Source of the DNA: an uncultured Verrucomicrobiota bacterium
GTDB taxonomy: Bacteria; Verrucomicrobiota; Kiritimatiellia; CAIQIC01; Lenti-01
Assembly: GCA_937872095.1 (NCBI GenBank)
Contig: CALMNW010000034.1
Location: 20,107-84,106 of the forward strand
Reading direction: 5' to 3'
Length of the DNA stretch: 64,000 nt
Shown here: piece by piece, positions 1 through 10,371 of the stretch
Layout of the letters: the number at the start of each line of letters is the position of its first letter
Numbering within the stretch: the stretch's first letter is position 1
Notes under the pieces: model-generated
What the model saw: the letters and a program-made list of their open reading frames with translations, nothing else
What the model was told of the DNA's origin: nothing
The model's database searches: none
Position numbers and translations under genes: made by a program

Positions 1-1
1 G

Positions 2-475
2 CGGCGTCGGCCCGATCTGCTCTACTACTTTTTCGGCGATGGTTTCTTGCGGCGGCTGTTTCCGCGCAACCGCTGGCGCCGCCGCCATTTTTACGAGGGC
101 GAATACGCCTACGACGTGCCCAGGGAAGTGGACGTCCTGTCGGGGTCTTGTTTGTTGGTCAGGAGCGCGGCGCTCGCTCAAATCGGATTGCTGGACGAAA
201 ACACGTTCCTCTATCTGGAGGAATTCATCTTGCACGAGAAGATGCGGGCGGCGGGGTGGGCGCAGGCCATCGTGCCGGCAAGCGTCGTCGTCCACAAGGG
301 GGGCTGCTCCACGGGACAGGCGGTTCCGGAACGCATCCGACAGGCCAAGCAAGAAAGTCGCCGCTACTATCTGACGCGCTACCGGCATTGCGGGCCCGTG
401 CTCGTCTGGCTCGTTGAATTGGCGCGGATTCGGCCACCCGTCTTTCTGCGGCGCTGCCGGGGACCGAGCCGATGA
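2..475 (+). CDS. Glycosyltransferase family 2, C-terminal fragment; the 5' end lies outside the window
   Basis: The frame is open to the window start. The translation ...DLLYYFFGDG...DVLSGSCLLVRSAALAQIGLLDENTFLYLEEFILHEKMRAAGW matches the conserved C-terminal region of GT2 enzymes. Confidence 0.5.
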   Translation, partial: RRRPDLLYYFFGDGFLRRLFPRNRWRRRHFYEGEYAYDVPREVDVLSGSCLLVRSAALAQIGLLDENTFLYLEEFILHEKMRAAGWAQAIVPASVVVHKGGCSTGQAVPERIRQAKQESRRYYLTRYRHCGPVLVWLVELARIRPPVFLRRCRGPSR

Positions 476-1812
476 GAACCGGCCTGCGCAAAAACGATCC
501 GGCCTCTGCGGAGCGGAAATGGTCGCGGTTGGCCGCGATCTGGTCGATCTACTATTTTACCGCTTGGACGCTGGGGCAGAACGATCGCTATACGTGGAGC
601 ATCATTTGGCTCGGGGCGGCCGCCGTCGGACTGTTTACCGTGCCGCTGTTCGCCAAATACATACGATTCAGGGATCTTCCCCGGGAAGGGGTGTTGCTGG
701 GGGCGTTCGTCCTTTGGGCGCTGACGGGACTGTTCGTTGCCACGGACATGACGATGTTCAGCCGCTGCTTGAAACTGATGATCGAACTGAGCTTGATCGT
801 GCTGGCGGTTTCGGTGATCTTGAAATATTCGGGCGCGGCGAAGTGGTTATACCTCGCCTTCTGGGGCGTGGGCGTGGTGCGGGTGCTCTATGGCTCGGAG
901 CCTGTCAGCATGGAGCGGATCACGGGCACGGAAGTGGTTTCGCGCATCGATTACGCCAACACGATCGGCTTTTTGTGCACGCTGGGGGTTCTCGGCATGT
1001 TCGCATTTTGGGGGGAGACGAAGAAATGGTGGCTCCGCGCGGCGCTGGTGGCGGGCGGCGCCTTCGCCCTGTACGGCGTGGTGTTGTCGGCGTCGCGCGG
1101 CGCCTTCGTCACCTTGATCGCCATCGTGCTGCTGTGGCCGGCCATGTGTCTGGTGGGGGCGTCCAAGTCCAAGCTCAAAGCGCTCGTCGCCGCCGTCGTG
1201 CTGTTGTATCTCGCCTATGGGATTTACCAATTCATCGTCCAGGAAACCTACATGGGCGTTCGCTACACGAATGCGACGCGAATGGAAGACGGCAGCACGC
1301 AGACGCGCTTCGATCTGGTCATGATCGGATTCCACTTGTTCGTCCAAAATCCGCTTTTCGGTTGCGGTCTCGGACAGTTTGGCGTTGCGTCTGGCACGGG
1401 GCTCTACGCCCACAACGAGGTGGCCGAAATCGCGGCCACGACGGGTTTGCCCGGCCTGCTGCTCTATTATTCGGTGTATTGGATCGCCTGGAGGAGGTTG
1501 ACCCGGAGCCTGGGCTGCCTACAAGATCCTCTGTTCCGCTACCGCATCAATGTAGCGCGGATGTCGCTGTTGATCCTGCTGATTTCGGGAGCGCTGACCC
1601 GCCCGAATTTCTTTGCGCAAAACACGATGTTCTTGCTAGGCATGGCGGTGGGCATGGCGCATTGGGCCGAACGCATGGCCCGGTTGGCCTGCCGAGGCCC
1701 GTTGCCGTCGCCCCGGGCGTTTCCATGCGTTATGCCGGCGCCAGGCTGGGGGGCACCGGTCTCGCTGCCGCCGCCCATTGCGGTTTCGCCGTCAAACCCT
1801 TATCCTGCATAA
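472..1812 (+). CDS. O-antigen ligase/polymerase-like (Wzy/WaaL family) integral membrane protein; PEP-CTERM-locus O-antigen-ligase-like
   Basis: 446 aa with about 10 hydrophobic helices. The ligase-domain signature SASRGAF...YAHNEVAEIAATTGLPGLLLY is present. The start overlaps the upstream stop. Confidence 0.65.
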   Translation: MRTGLRKNDPASAERKWSRLAAIWSIYYFTAWTLGQNDRYTWSIIWLGAAAVGLFTVPLFAKYIRFRDLPREGVLLGAFVLWALTGLFVATDMTMFSRCLKLMIELSLIVLAVSVILKYSGAAKWLYLAFWGVGVVRVLYGSEPVSMERITGTEVVSRIDYANTIGFLCTLGVLGMFAFWGETKKWWLRAALVAGGAFALYGVVLSASRGAFVTLIAIVLLWPAMCLVGASKSKLKALVAAVVLLYLAYGIYQFIVQETYMGVRYTNATRMEDGSTQTRFDLVMIGFHLFVQNPLFGCGLGQFGVASGTGLYAHNEVAEIAATTGLPGLLLYYSVYWIAWRRLTRSLGCLQDPLFRYRINVARMSLLILLISGALTRPNFFAQNTMFLLGMAVGMAHWAERMARLACRGPLPSPRAFPCVMPAPGWGAPVSLPPPIAVSPSNPYPA

Positions 1813-1815
1813 ACC

Positions 1816-3879
1816 ATGGGAAGCGGAGTGAAAACGATCGCGAAGAAAGCCAGCCTGGTTCTACCGGCTTCCGCGCGCCTTGCGGCCCGGAAGTGGCTGG
1901 AGGCACGCGCCCTGCGCGCCCGGCATCGGGCCGTGGCCGACCAGCTGGTGCGCGCGGCGATGGACGTATCGGCCCGTTGCCTGGAAAATGTCCGCACGCG
2001 GGAGGATTGGGAACGGCAACGGCCCATCTTGCGCCGCCAATTGGCGTTCATGCTGGGTCTCGATCCCTTGCCGGAGCGGATGCCGCTGGCGCCTCGCCTC
2101 GTCGGGACGTTGGAACATCCCGGCTATCGCGTCGAGAAGCTGGTGTTCCAGTTCCTGCCCGGCCTGCAGATCGCCGGGAACTTCTATCTTCCCAAAGGGG
2201 TGCCGAGGCCCGTTCCGTGCATCCTCTATCTGTGCGGGCATCGCACCCATCCCCGCGGGGCCAAGACCCAATACCAGGACCGGTTCCTTTGGTATCCGGC
2301 CCATGGGTTCGCTTGCTTGGTCCTGGATTCGCTCAATTGCGGTGAAGTGCCCGGCTGGCACCACGGGACCCAGAACCAAAATCGCTGGGATTGGCTTTCG
2401 TTGGGCTATACGCCCGCGGGCGTGGAAGTCTGGAATGCCATGCGGGCCTTGGATTATCTCGAAAGCCGACCCGAAGTGGATGGCCAGCAAATCGGCGCGA
2501 CGGGCATTTCGGGCGGCGGCATCATGACGACGCTGCTGGCGGCGCTCGACGAACGCATTCGGGCGGCGGCGCCATCCTGTTCGGCCTATGCCGTCGGCGA
2601 CCAGGCGGTGCGCTCCTTGATCGATCGGCAATGCGATTGCACGTTCTATCCCAATTTTCACCAAATGGATTTTCCGGCCGTGGCCGCCTTGGTGGCGCCG
2701 CGCCCGCTATTGATCACCGCAGGTCGCAAAGATCCCATCTTTCCGCCTTCCGGATCGCGGGAAGTCTGCCGCAAGGCCAAGCGCATCTTCGACCTCTGCG
2801 GCGCGGGCGACCATGTCCGTTCGGTCGAATCCAACGAGGGGCATACCGACCCGCCGCTGTTTCTGCGGGAATCGCGCCAATGGATGTGCCGGTGGCTGCA
2901 TCCGGCTCCGGAGACAGTGCTGCCCGCCGCGGCGGACGAACCGCCGGCTCCCGAGCCCGCGGAGGCGCTGGCGTGTTTCGCTTCGCCGCCGCGCGAATCG
3001 GCCAACTACGACGTCCACGAGCGTTTCATTCGCCCGGCGATTCCGAGCCTGCCGGCTTCGCCGGCCGAATGGGAAATCCGGAAATCGCAAATCGCGGACG
3101 GGTTGAACGCCACTTCGTTCGCTTGGTTCCCGGCCGATCCGCCGCCGGTCGCGGCCCGACGGCTCCCCGGATCGAAATCGAAATTGGGCGGATGCGAAGG
3201 ATTTGCCCGGTGCGGCGAATGGCTGCTGGAAACCGAGCCGGGCGTTTCCGTGCACGTGTTCCGCTACGAACCGGCGATTCCGCCCAAGGACGATTCCTTG
3301 CTGATGGTGATCCGCCGGCCCGGCGATCTCCCCGGCGTGCTGGACGACGAATGGCTGCCGTTGCTGGAAAGCCGCCGCATCGTCGTGATGCATCCGCGCT
3401 GGGGCGAATCGACCCTTTCGTCCGCCGACCATGCCCGCCTGGAACGCACGGCGGCGTTGAGCGGCCGGACCTTGGCCGCCCTGCAGGTGTGGGACGTTCT
3501 GCGGACGCTGGAATGGGCGCTTGGCGATACTCCGGGTGCGGCGGAATCGATCGCCGTCTATGGGCGGGGCGAAGCGGGGATCATCGGACTTCATGCGGCT
3601 CGGTTGATGCCGGCGGTCGACCAGGTCGTCTTGCGCGATCCGCCCGATTCGCATCGGTCGGGACCGGCCTTGCTGGCGGTGTTGCGCACGACGGACCTTG
3701 CCGAAGTGGCGGCCGCGTTCGCGCCGCGAACGCTCACGTGGCTGACCGTCCCGTCTCCGGCATACGATTTCACCCGGCAGGTGTATCGCCTTTGCGGCGC
3801 GGAAAGCCGATTCCGCCGGGTATCGTCCTTGGCGGCCGCCTTGTCGGTCGATCCGGCAGCTTCCGGAGCGGAGCCATGA
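1816..3879 (+). CDS. Alpha/beta-hydrolase, acetyl-xylan-esterase/dienelactone-hydrolase-like; two-lobed, 687 aa
   Basis: Nucleophile-elbow motif GISGGG (GxSxG) after a beta-strand region, with AXE1-like surrounding sequence. A second hydrolase-like half follows. Exosortase-type loci commonly carry such hydrolases. Confidence 0.55.
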   Translation: MGSGVKTIAKKASLVLPASARLAARKWLEARALRARHRAVADQLVRAAMDVSARCLENVRTREDWERQRPILRRQLAFMLGLDPLPERMPLAPRLVGTLEHPGYRVEKLVFQFLPGLQIAGNFYLPKGVPRPVPCILYLCGHRTHPRGAKTQYQDRFLWYPAHGFACLVLDSLNCGEVPGWHHGTQNQNRWDWLSLGYTPAGVEVWNAMRALDYLESRPEVDGQQIGATGISGGGIMTTLLAALDERIRAAAPSCSAYAVGDQAVRSLIDRQCDCTFYPNFHQMDFPAVAALVAPRPLLITAGRKDPIFPPSGSREVCRKAKRIFDLCGAGDHVRSVESNEGHTDPPLFLRESRQWMCRWLHPAPETVLPAAADEPPAPEPAEALACFASPPRESANYDVHERFIRPAIPSLPASPAEWEIRKSQIADGLNATSFAWFPADPPPVAARRLPGSKSKLGGCEGFARCGEWLLETEPGVSVHVFRYEPAIPPKDDSLLMVIRRPGDLPGVLDDEWLPLLESRRIVVMHPRWGESTLSSADHARLERTAALSGRTLAALQVWDVLRTLEWALGDTPGAAESIAVYGRGEAGIIGLHAARLMPAVDQVVLRDPPDSHRSGPALLAVLRTTDLAEVAAAFAPRTLTWLTVPSPAYDFTRQVYRLCGAESRFRRVSSLAAALSVDPAASGAEP

Positions 3880-4772
3880 GCCGGGCGTTGTCGGAACAGG
3901 AATACGTGGAGCAGAATCCGCAGCTGTTCCGGCGCTTGCATTTCCACGACGGCGTCTGGTGGGACCAGATCTATCCCGGTTTCGCCCGTCCGGCCTTCAA
4001 GTTTCGCGCCCTGGTTCCGCGGACGGTTCGGCCCGCCCGTTCGCAGTCTTGGCTGGGCTACAGCCATTTCGTGTCGGAAACGGGCCAGGGCAACGGCGCG
4101 GTCCGCTACATGGTGTTGGCCGGCGACGATCTCCGCGATTTCGGGATGGCGCGCTTGGACTCCAAGAAACGCAATCAGGTCCGGAAGGGCTTGAAATGCT
4201 GCGAAGTGCGGGACATGTCGGATCTAGAAAGTTGCCTGGAGGATGCGCGGGAGGTGTGCGTCAGCCATGCGCAGCGCGGAGCCTCCTCCCGGAAAGCCTT
4301 TCACGCCTCGCCCGACTTCTTCCGGAATCAAGCGGACACATGGCGCATGCAGATGCGGCGCGATTTCGCCGGCGGCGGCCGAAGCTGGTACGGCGCTTGG
4401 CACGAAGGGCGGTTGATCGCCTATCTGGTCACGCTCCAGGTGGAAGACACGGTCTTGGTCGAAAAGATGAAACTGCACACGGACTTCTTGGCGTTCTGCC
4501 CTTCGGACGCGCTGTACTTCCACGTGTTGTCGCGGATTGCGCAGGATTCCGCTTGCCTGCGGGTCATCAATTCTTCGCCCCAGCGCCCGGGGTTGGATCG
4601 TTTCAAGGAACAGTTTCTCTTCAAGGCGACGCCGCTGCCCCAGTACGTGTCGAATCCCGCCGCCTATCGGCTGGCCATGCGGGCGATGGCGCTGCGGAAT
4701 AAATGGGTGGAATTCCGCCGGGCCCGCCGGGAGCAGCAGGCGGCCGCCGGCATCGCCGAGGATGTACCATGA
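3876..4772 (+). CDS. FemAB-like / GNAT-fold acyltransferase (PEP-CTERM-locus FemAB-related type)
   Basis: Internal ATG at 3876 overlaps the upstream stop (ATGA); the long ORF 2391..4772 is an out-of-frame extension over the hydrolase gene. The ~298-aa product has a FemAB/BioF2-like acyl-CoA N-acyltransferase pattern (WYGAWHEGRLIAYLVTL...FHVLSRIA). Confidence 0.5.
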   Translation: MSRALSEQEYVEQNPQLFRRLHFHDGVWWDQIYPGFARPAFKFRALVPRTVRPARSQSWLGYSHFVSETGQGNGAVRYMVLAGDDLRDFGMARLDSKKRNQVRKGLKCCEVRDMSDLESCLEDAREVCVSHAQRGASSRKAFHASPDFFRNQADTWRMQMRRDFAGGGRSWYGAWHEGRLIAYLVTLQVEDTVLVEKMKLHTDFLAFCPSDALYFHVLSRIAQDSACLRVINSSPQRPGLDRFKEQFLFKATPLPQYVSNPAAYRLAMRAMALRNKWVEFRRARREQQAAAGIAEDVP

Positions 4773-5920
4773 GCGGCAGGAACGACCGCGGCGCGACGGC
4801 GGTGGTGTGCGGCAACCACATCAACGCCCACACGCTCGTCCGCAATCTCGAGCGGATCGGCTGGCCGGGGCGGATCGTTCTGCTGCGGCACGAGTCGGAA
4901 GGGGAGGGTTTGGCCGTTTGCCTGAACCCGCAAGTGGAGCATTGGGCCCTGGCCGTGCGGTCGTTGGCCGAGGTTCCGGCCTTGATCGCGGAACGCTACG
5001 GACATGCCGGCGAAGTCGCGGTTTTGTTCACCGACGAACGCTATCATCCGGCTTTCGCCGCCTGGCGCCGGTCGCATCCGGATTCCCCTCTGCGGTTCCA
5101 TCTCGGATCCGAAGCGCACATGTCGGCGGTGCTGGATCGCTACGAGTTTTGCCGGTTCGTGCGCGAACGCGGTTTGGCGGACGCGCCTCGCACCTTGCGC
5201 GGCGACGAAGATCCGTTCGCGGCTTTCGGGGATGCGTTCATCGTGCGGCCGCGCCTGTCGTGGTTCGGAGTCGCGCAGCGCGAGCGGGTGAAACTCGTCC
5301 GGGGGCGGGCGGAGTTCCGGGCCGCGCTGGATTCCTACGCTGCGCGGGGATTGGCGCCGGCGGACTTGAGTTTCCAGGAATTGCTGAGCATCCGGAATCG
5401 GGACAACGTTTCCATCAGCGGCTGGTACGGGCCGACCGTCCGGCATTCGTATTGTTCCCGAAAAGTGCTGCAATATCCGCCGAAGACGGGCGGGGGCGAC
5501 GTCGTCGAACTGCTGGCGCCGCCGCCGGGCATCCGGGAGCAGGCGGAAGGTTTGCTGGCCGCGTTGGAATACGAAGGCCCGTTCGAGATGGAATTCGTCT
5601 ACGACGAAACGGCGGCCGGATTCAAGGTCACCGAAATCAATCCGCGCTTCTGGTTGCAGCAAGGCCTGATCGAAGCGGTTTCCGGGCGGGCCTTGCTGAG
5701 CACCTATCTGGGCCGGGCCCCGTTGCCGACGACGGCGGCGGAACGCAACCTGCGCTACTGGGTCAATCCGCTGTATGCGGCGTTCCGCGCGTTTCGGGGC
5801 GATCCGCGCGGCCTGTTCTATTGGAATTCTCCGCGCGCGTGGGCTCCGTTCGCGCTGCGCGAAGCCGTACGCTACGCCTGGCGGCACGCGCGCGGACAAA
5901 CCCGCCATGCGCAGGGATAG
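4769..5920 (+). CDS. ATP-grasp domain protein (carboxylate-amine ligase-like)
   Basis: ATGA overlap with the upstream gene. The ATP-grasp C-terminal signature EMEFVYDE...FKVTEINPRFW (E-x-N-x-R) is present. The N-terminal pre-ATP-grasp domain is Rossmann-like. Confidence 0.6.
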   Translation: MSGRNDRGATAVVCGNHINAHTLVRNLERIGWPGRIVLLRHESEGEGLAVCLNPQVEHWALAVRSLAEVPALIAERYGHAGEVAVLFTDERYHPAFAAWRRSHPDSPLRFHLGSEAHMSAVLDRYEFCRFVRERGLADAPRTLRGDEDPFAAFGDAFIVRPRLSWFGVAQRERVKLVRGRAEFRAALDSYAARGLAPADLSFQELLSIRNRDNVSISGWYGPTVRHSYCSRKVLQYPPKTGGGDVVELLAPPPGIREQAEGLLAALEYEGPFEMEFVYDETAAGFKVTEINPRFWLQQGLIEAVSGRALLSTYLGRAPLPTTAAERNLRYWVNPLYAAFRAFRGDPRGLFYWNSPRAWAPFALREAVRYAWRHARGQTRHAQG

Positions 5921-5928
5921 GGCCTCGC

Positions 5929-8147
5929 GGATGTCCACGACGACGAACAGAAGCGAAATTCTCGAGCGGTTGCGCTGGAATCGCGTGGGCCGCGGCGTCT
6001 GGGACGCGCTGCGAACGGCGGCCGGTTGCGGGCTCCCGGCCAGCTGGGCCCAAGCCGCGATCCGCCGTCAGATCGCGCAAGACGTCTATGGTTGCCGGGA
6101 GGAAGAGGTTTTCCTCTATAAAAGCGGCCGCGCGGCGCTGTGCGGCCTCATGGAAGGTCTCAAATCCGCCGATTCCGCGCGTCGAACGGCCTTCGTGCCG
6201 GACTACGTGTGCAACGTCGTTGGCGGCGCCTGCCGGGCCGCGGGATTCGAGGTGGTGGAATATCCCACCGACGCCCGCTGCCGGCCGGATTGGCCGGGGC
6301 TCGAAGAACGCGTTCGGCGCGAAACGGCGCCGGTCGTGGTGCTGTGTTCCCTGTTCGGTTCCATGCCGGCGTCGGCGCCGGAAGTCGAAACGCTGGAACG
6401 GGCGAATCCGCGGGTGTTTTTCGTGGCGGACGAATGCCAAAACCTCGTGCCCGACTCGCCGGTGAAGCCTCGAAGCAATCAGGCGGTGGTGTTCAGTTTC
6501 AACGACAAGACCTGTCCCGGCGTCATGGGCGGCGGACTGGCTTGTTTGGCGGAATCCGGAGTGGCGCCGGTCTTCGCCCGCGCGCCGTTCGTCCGTCGCG
6601 CCTTGTGCTCCGTCGCGCTGGCTTACCGCTGGTTGTCCGGAATGCTCCGTAGCGGGTTCCAAGCGATCCGGCTGGCGACGGGGAGAGGGAGGCGCCATGC
6701 GGTGCCGGCGGCCCCGGAATATTCGACCTGCTTGCGCCCGCACTACGATCTGGCCCCGGAACCCATTTATCGGCTCTCGGCGGCGCGCGCGCGGGTCAGT
6801 TTGCCCGCGCTGGACGAGTATCGCCGCATGCGCATGGAAAATGCGCTCGCGTTTCAGGCCGGATGGGGCGTCGATTCCGCCGCGGCGCAGGCGGGGGCAC
6901 CGTACTTGCCCATGCCGGGTGCGCCGGCGGCCGGGCGTTGTCCCGCACCTGTCAAGGCCGTCTACGGCCGCACGGCGCATGCGGCGATTCCCGGCCGTCC
7001 GCCGGCCATGATCGTCAATCTGCCTTATGTGCGCTACGAAGTCCGTCCCGCGGCGGTGGCCCAATTGACCAGCCGGCACGCGATCACGGACAACCGCATC
7101 TTGCATTGCATGGCCCGCACGGCCGCGGCGCACGGCTATCGCAGCCTGATCATCGGCCCCGCCGAACAAGACGGCGCGTTCGAGACGGTCGAACTGAAAG
7201 CCTGTCCCGTTCTGGCCGGCGGCCGGCGGCCGGCGCATCCACGGATTCTGGCCCGCCTGTTTGTCGGCGCGCTCCGCAGCGGCGTGCGGACGTTCCATAT
7301 CCACGATCCCGATTTTCTGCCCGTGGCGCTGCTGCTGAAACTCTGCGGCCGCCGCATCGTCTACGACGTCCACGACGACTACCAAGCCAGTTTCCAGGAT
7401 CGTTTCCGGAACCGGCCTTGGTTGCGGAGCTGGTTCCCGGCGCTCTGGTGGGCGTTCGAAAAAGGCGCGGCGCGCGCATTCGACGGCGTCGTGACCGCGG
7501 ACCAGCACCTGGCGCGAAAATTCGACGGTTGCCGGCCCGTCATCTTGCGGAATTATCCGCGGCTGGATTTCACGCCGCCGGCTGCCGCGGAAGGCGAGCC
7601 CACCTTCAATCTCGTCTACGTCGGGGGCGTCAGCCGCGAGCGCGGCATCGGCATGGCGTTGGAAGCGTTGCGGCGGTTGCCGCAACCCGAGTTGCGCTTG
7701 CACGTGGTCGGCACCGGCCGGGAACCGGACCTGTTGGCGGAACTGCAGGCGGAGCCGCGGGTCGTGGTGCATGGCCGCGTGGCGTGGACCGACCTGCACC
7801 GGATCTACGTCAAATCGCACGTCGGCCTTGCGCTCTATCAGCCCCTGGCCGGTTTCGTGACGATCGACCACTCGGTCAAGATCGTGGAATACATGGCCGC
7901 CGGCCTGCCAATCCTGTGCGCCGACTTCCCGGGCCTGAAGAAATTCATCGAGGATTCCGGCTGCGGCTGGACGGTGGCGTCCGACGATCCGGCGGCCATC
8001 GCCGCCAAGCTGGAAGCCTTGATGGCGGATGCGGACCTGCGCCGCCGCATGGGGGCGACGGGGCGACGTTTGTTCGAGACGGAATACAACTGGGATCGCC
8101 ACGAGGGGCAACTCGTGGAGTTGTATGAAAAGGTTTGCGACGCATGA
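5929..8147 (+). CDS. Bifunctional protein: N-terminal DegT/DnrJ-like PLP aminotransferase-fold domain fused to a C-terminal GT4 glycosyltransferase
   Basis: N-terminal half carries the FSFNDKTCPGVMGGG Lys motif of DegT-family enzymes. C-terminal half carries NLVYVGGVSRERG...KIVEYMAAGLPILCADFPGLKKFIEDSGCGW (GT4 E-x7-E region). ATG at 5929 lies 9 nt after the upstream stop. Confidence 0.55.
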
Positions 8148-9337
8148 GTGGCGAACGTCCAGCGTTTCCCGCGCATTTGGCGGTGGTCACCAGCGGATAT
8201 CCCGCGCCGGCGTGTCCGACTTCCGGGATGTTCGTCCGGCAATTCGCCCATGCCGTGGCCCGGCAGGGCGTCGCCTGCACCGTGATCCATCCCGTCGCGC
8301 TCCATCATGCCTGGCGCGGTTCCGGCTATCCTTCCCAAGAACGGGAAGACGCGGGGAATGGCCAAACCGTCGCGGTGCATCGCCCGCGGTTTCTGTCCTT
8401 GTCCGCTCGCGACGCCTTTTCCGGTTGGGGGCCGTTGAATCCATCTTTGTGGACGTTCAGCCGCTTCGCGGCGGCCGCCCGGCGCGTCTTGGAACGCTTG
8501 CCGTTGCCGCCCGACGCTTTGTACGGGCATTTTCTCTATTTGTCGGGCGCGGCGGCGGTCCGGGCGGGACGGGAAATGGGCATTCCGGCGTTCCCATGCA
8601 TGGGCGAAGGAGAGCTCTGGACCGTCCGGCGTTTCGGCTTGGCGCGGGCCCAGGCCGATTTGGCGCCGGCCACCGGATTCCTCGCCAATTCGTCGGCGTT
8701 GAAACGGATGTTGATTCGGGAACTGGATCTTCCGGCCGAAAAGATCGGCGTATTCCCCAACGGCACCAATTTGGCCGCTTTCCAGCCGATGGACAGGCCC
8801 GCCGCGCGGGCGCAATTGGGCTTGCCGCCGGATCGGTTCCTCGTGGGCGCCGCTGGCAATTTCCTGGAGAAAAAAGGGATCGTGCGGGTGGGGACGGCCA
8901 TCGAAGGACTCGAAGGGGTCTCCGGCGTATTCGCCGGTTCCGGCCCCGTGCCGCCGACGGCCTCCAACATGGCGCTGTGCCGCCGGGTATCCCATGAGGA
9001 AATGCCGGTTCTGCTCTCCGCCTGCGACGTGTTCGTGCTGCCGACCCTGATCGAAGGTTCGTGCAATGCTTTGGTGGAAGCCATGGCCTGCGGCCTGCCG
9101 ATCGTCAGTTCCACGGGCGAATTCAACGACGACGTGCTGGACGAAAACATGTCCATCCGCATCGATCCGCTGGACGTGGCGGCCATCCGGGCGGCCATCG
9201 TCCGCTTGCGCGACGATCCGGAATTGCGCGCGCGCATGGCGGCGGAAGCGCTGCGGCGATCCAAGCTGTTCGACGTCGACGATCGCGCGCGACGCATGCT
9301 GGCCTTCATGGCCGAACGTCGGACGGCAGTCTCATGA
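8144..9337 (+). CDS. Glycosyltransferase family 4
   Basis: ATGA overlap start. The product has the GT-B fold, and the C-terminal half (FVLPTLIEGSCNALVEAMACGLPIVSSTGEFNDDV) is typical GT4. Confidence 0.7.
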   Translation: MSGERPAFPAHLAVVTSGYPAPACPTSGMFVRQFAHAVARQGVACTVIHPVALHHAWRGSGYPSQEREDAGNGQTVAVHRPRFLSLSARDAFSGWGPLNPSLWTFSRFAAAARRVLERLPLPPDALYGHFLYLSGAAAVRAGREMGIPAFPCMGEGELWTVRRFGLARAQADLAPATGFLANSSALKRMLIRELDLPAEKIGVFPNGTNLAAFQPMDRPAARAQLGLPPDRFLVGAAGNFLEKKGIVRVGTAIEGLEGVSGVFAGSGPVPPTASNMALCRRVSHEEMPVLLSACDVFVLPTLIEGSCNALVEAMACGLPIVSSTGEFNDDVLDENMSIRIDPLDVAAIRAAIVRLRDDPELRARMAAEALRRSKLFDVDDRARRMLAFMAERRTAVS

Positions 9338-10371
9338 CGAAGGTTTCCTCCATTTCATTTCAGGATCTGCTGGATTCCAACGGTTTGGCGCGGGGGTTGG
9401 CGATGTTGACCGTGGTGGCCTGCCACTTGCCCTTCGTGCATGCCTTCTGGAAACCGTTGGCGACGTTCGCCAGCGCCGGCAAACTGGCGGTTTCGGTCTT
9501 TCTGTTTTCGTCCGGTTTCGTGCTGCAAGTCCAGTCGAACCGGACGGGCGGAGCGCTCCAGGCGTTGCCGTGGCTGAAACGGCGACTGTGGCGGATCTAT
9601 CCCGTCTACTGGGTCGGCGTGGCGCTTGCGGTCGCTAGCGCCTGGGCGTTTCGCGGCAAGACCTACGACGTCGGCACGCTGGCGGCGAACGTGCTGGGCA
9701 TTCCGCTGCTGGTGGGGAAAAAGGTGGTTTCCGCGGGCTATACGGTGCCGTTCTGGTTCATTTCGGTTTTGCTGTTGTGCTATGGGTTGTTTCTGTTCGT
9801 CCACCGGGTGCGGCGCAAGGCGATCTTGGTGCTGGGCGCCGGAATCGCGTCCGCCATCGCGTTGCGCACGGGCGCGGTCATGGAAGCGGCGGCTCTGGCG
9901 TTTCCGTCGTTTTTCATGGGCATGGCGCTGGCCGATCGCTGGCGGGACAACGAATCGGCTACGGTCGACGCGCGTTTCCACGCCGCGTTGTTCGTGCCGC
10001 TGCTGCTGGCCTTGGCGTTCGTGTTCAAGGGCACCCGTTTCTTCCATCTGGACGCCGGCTGGTCTTTTGGATTCGCGCTGGCGGGCTGCGCGGGCTTGAC
10101 CGTGATCCCTTGGCCGTTGCTGGTGCTGATCGCCAGCTTTCAAAAAGCCTTGGCGCGGCGCGCGCCGGCGGCGTTGCGCGTGCTGCTATGGTTTTCGGGA
10201 CTCGCGTTCGCCGTGTATTGCATTCATGAACCGTTGTTGCGGGTGCTGGAAAAAAGCACGGGCGCAGGGCATCCTTGGATCGGTTTGCTGGGATATGCGT
10301 TCGCGACGTTGGCCGCGGCGTGGGCGGTGGATGCCGCGGAGCGGAAATGGAAAGGCAAGGTGGTGCGATGA
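9334..10371 (+). CDS. Acyltransferase family 3 (OatA-like membrane O-acyltransferase)
   Basis: ATGA overlap start. The N-terminal R-x10-H motif (ARGLAMLTVVACHL) is present and the protein is polytopic membrane, 345 aa. Confidence 0.6.
   Translation: MTKVSSISFQDLLDSNGLARGLAMLTVVACHLPFVHAFWKPLATFASAGKLAVSVFLFSSGFVLQVQSNRTGGALQALPWLKRRLWRIYPVYWVGVALAVASAWAFRGKTYDVGTLAANVLGIPLLVGKKVVSAGYTVPFWFISVLLLCYGLFLFVHRVRRKAILVLGAGIASAIALRTGAVMEAAALAFPSFFMGMALADRWRDNESATVDARFHAALFVPLLLALAFVFKGTRFFHLDAGWSFGFALAGCAGLTVIPWPLLVLIASFQKALARRAPAALRVLLWFSGLAFAVYCIHEPLLRVLEKSTGAGHPWIGLLGYAFATLAAAWAVDAAERKWKGKVVR

Noticed and set aside
2391-4772. 793-aa + strand ORF suggesting one very long gene
   Set aside because: The first ~1.5 kb overlaps, out of frame, the well-supported alpha/beta-hydrolase gene (1816..3879) and translates to Arg/Gly-rich junk. 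The real gene starts at the internal ATG 3876 (ATGA coupling).
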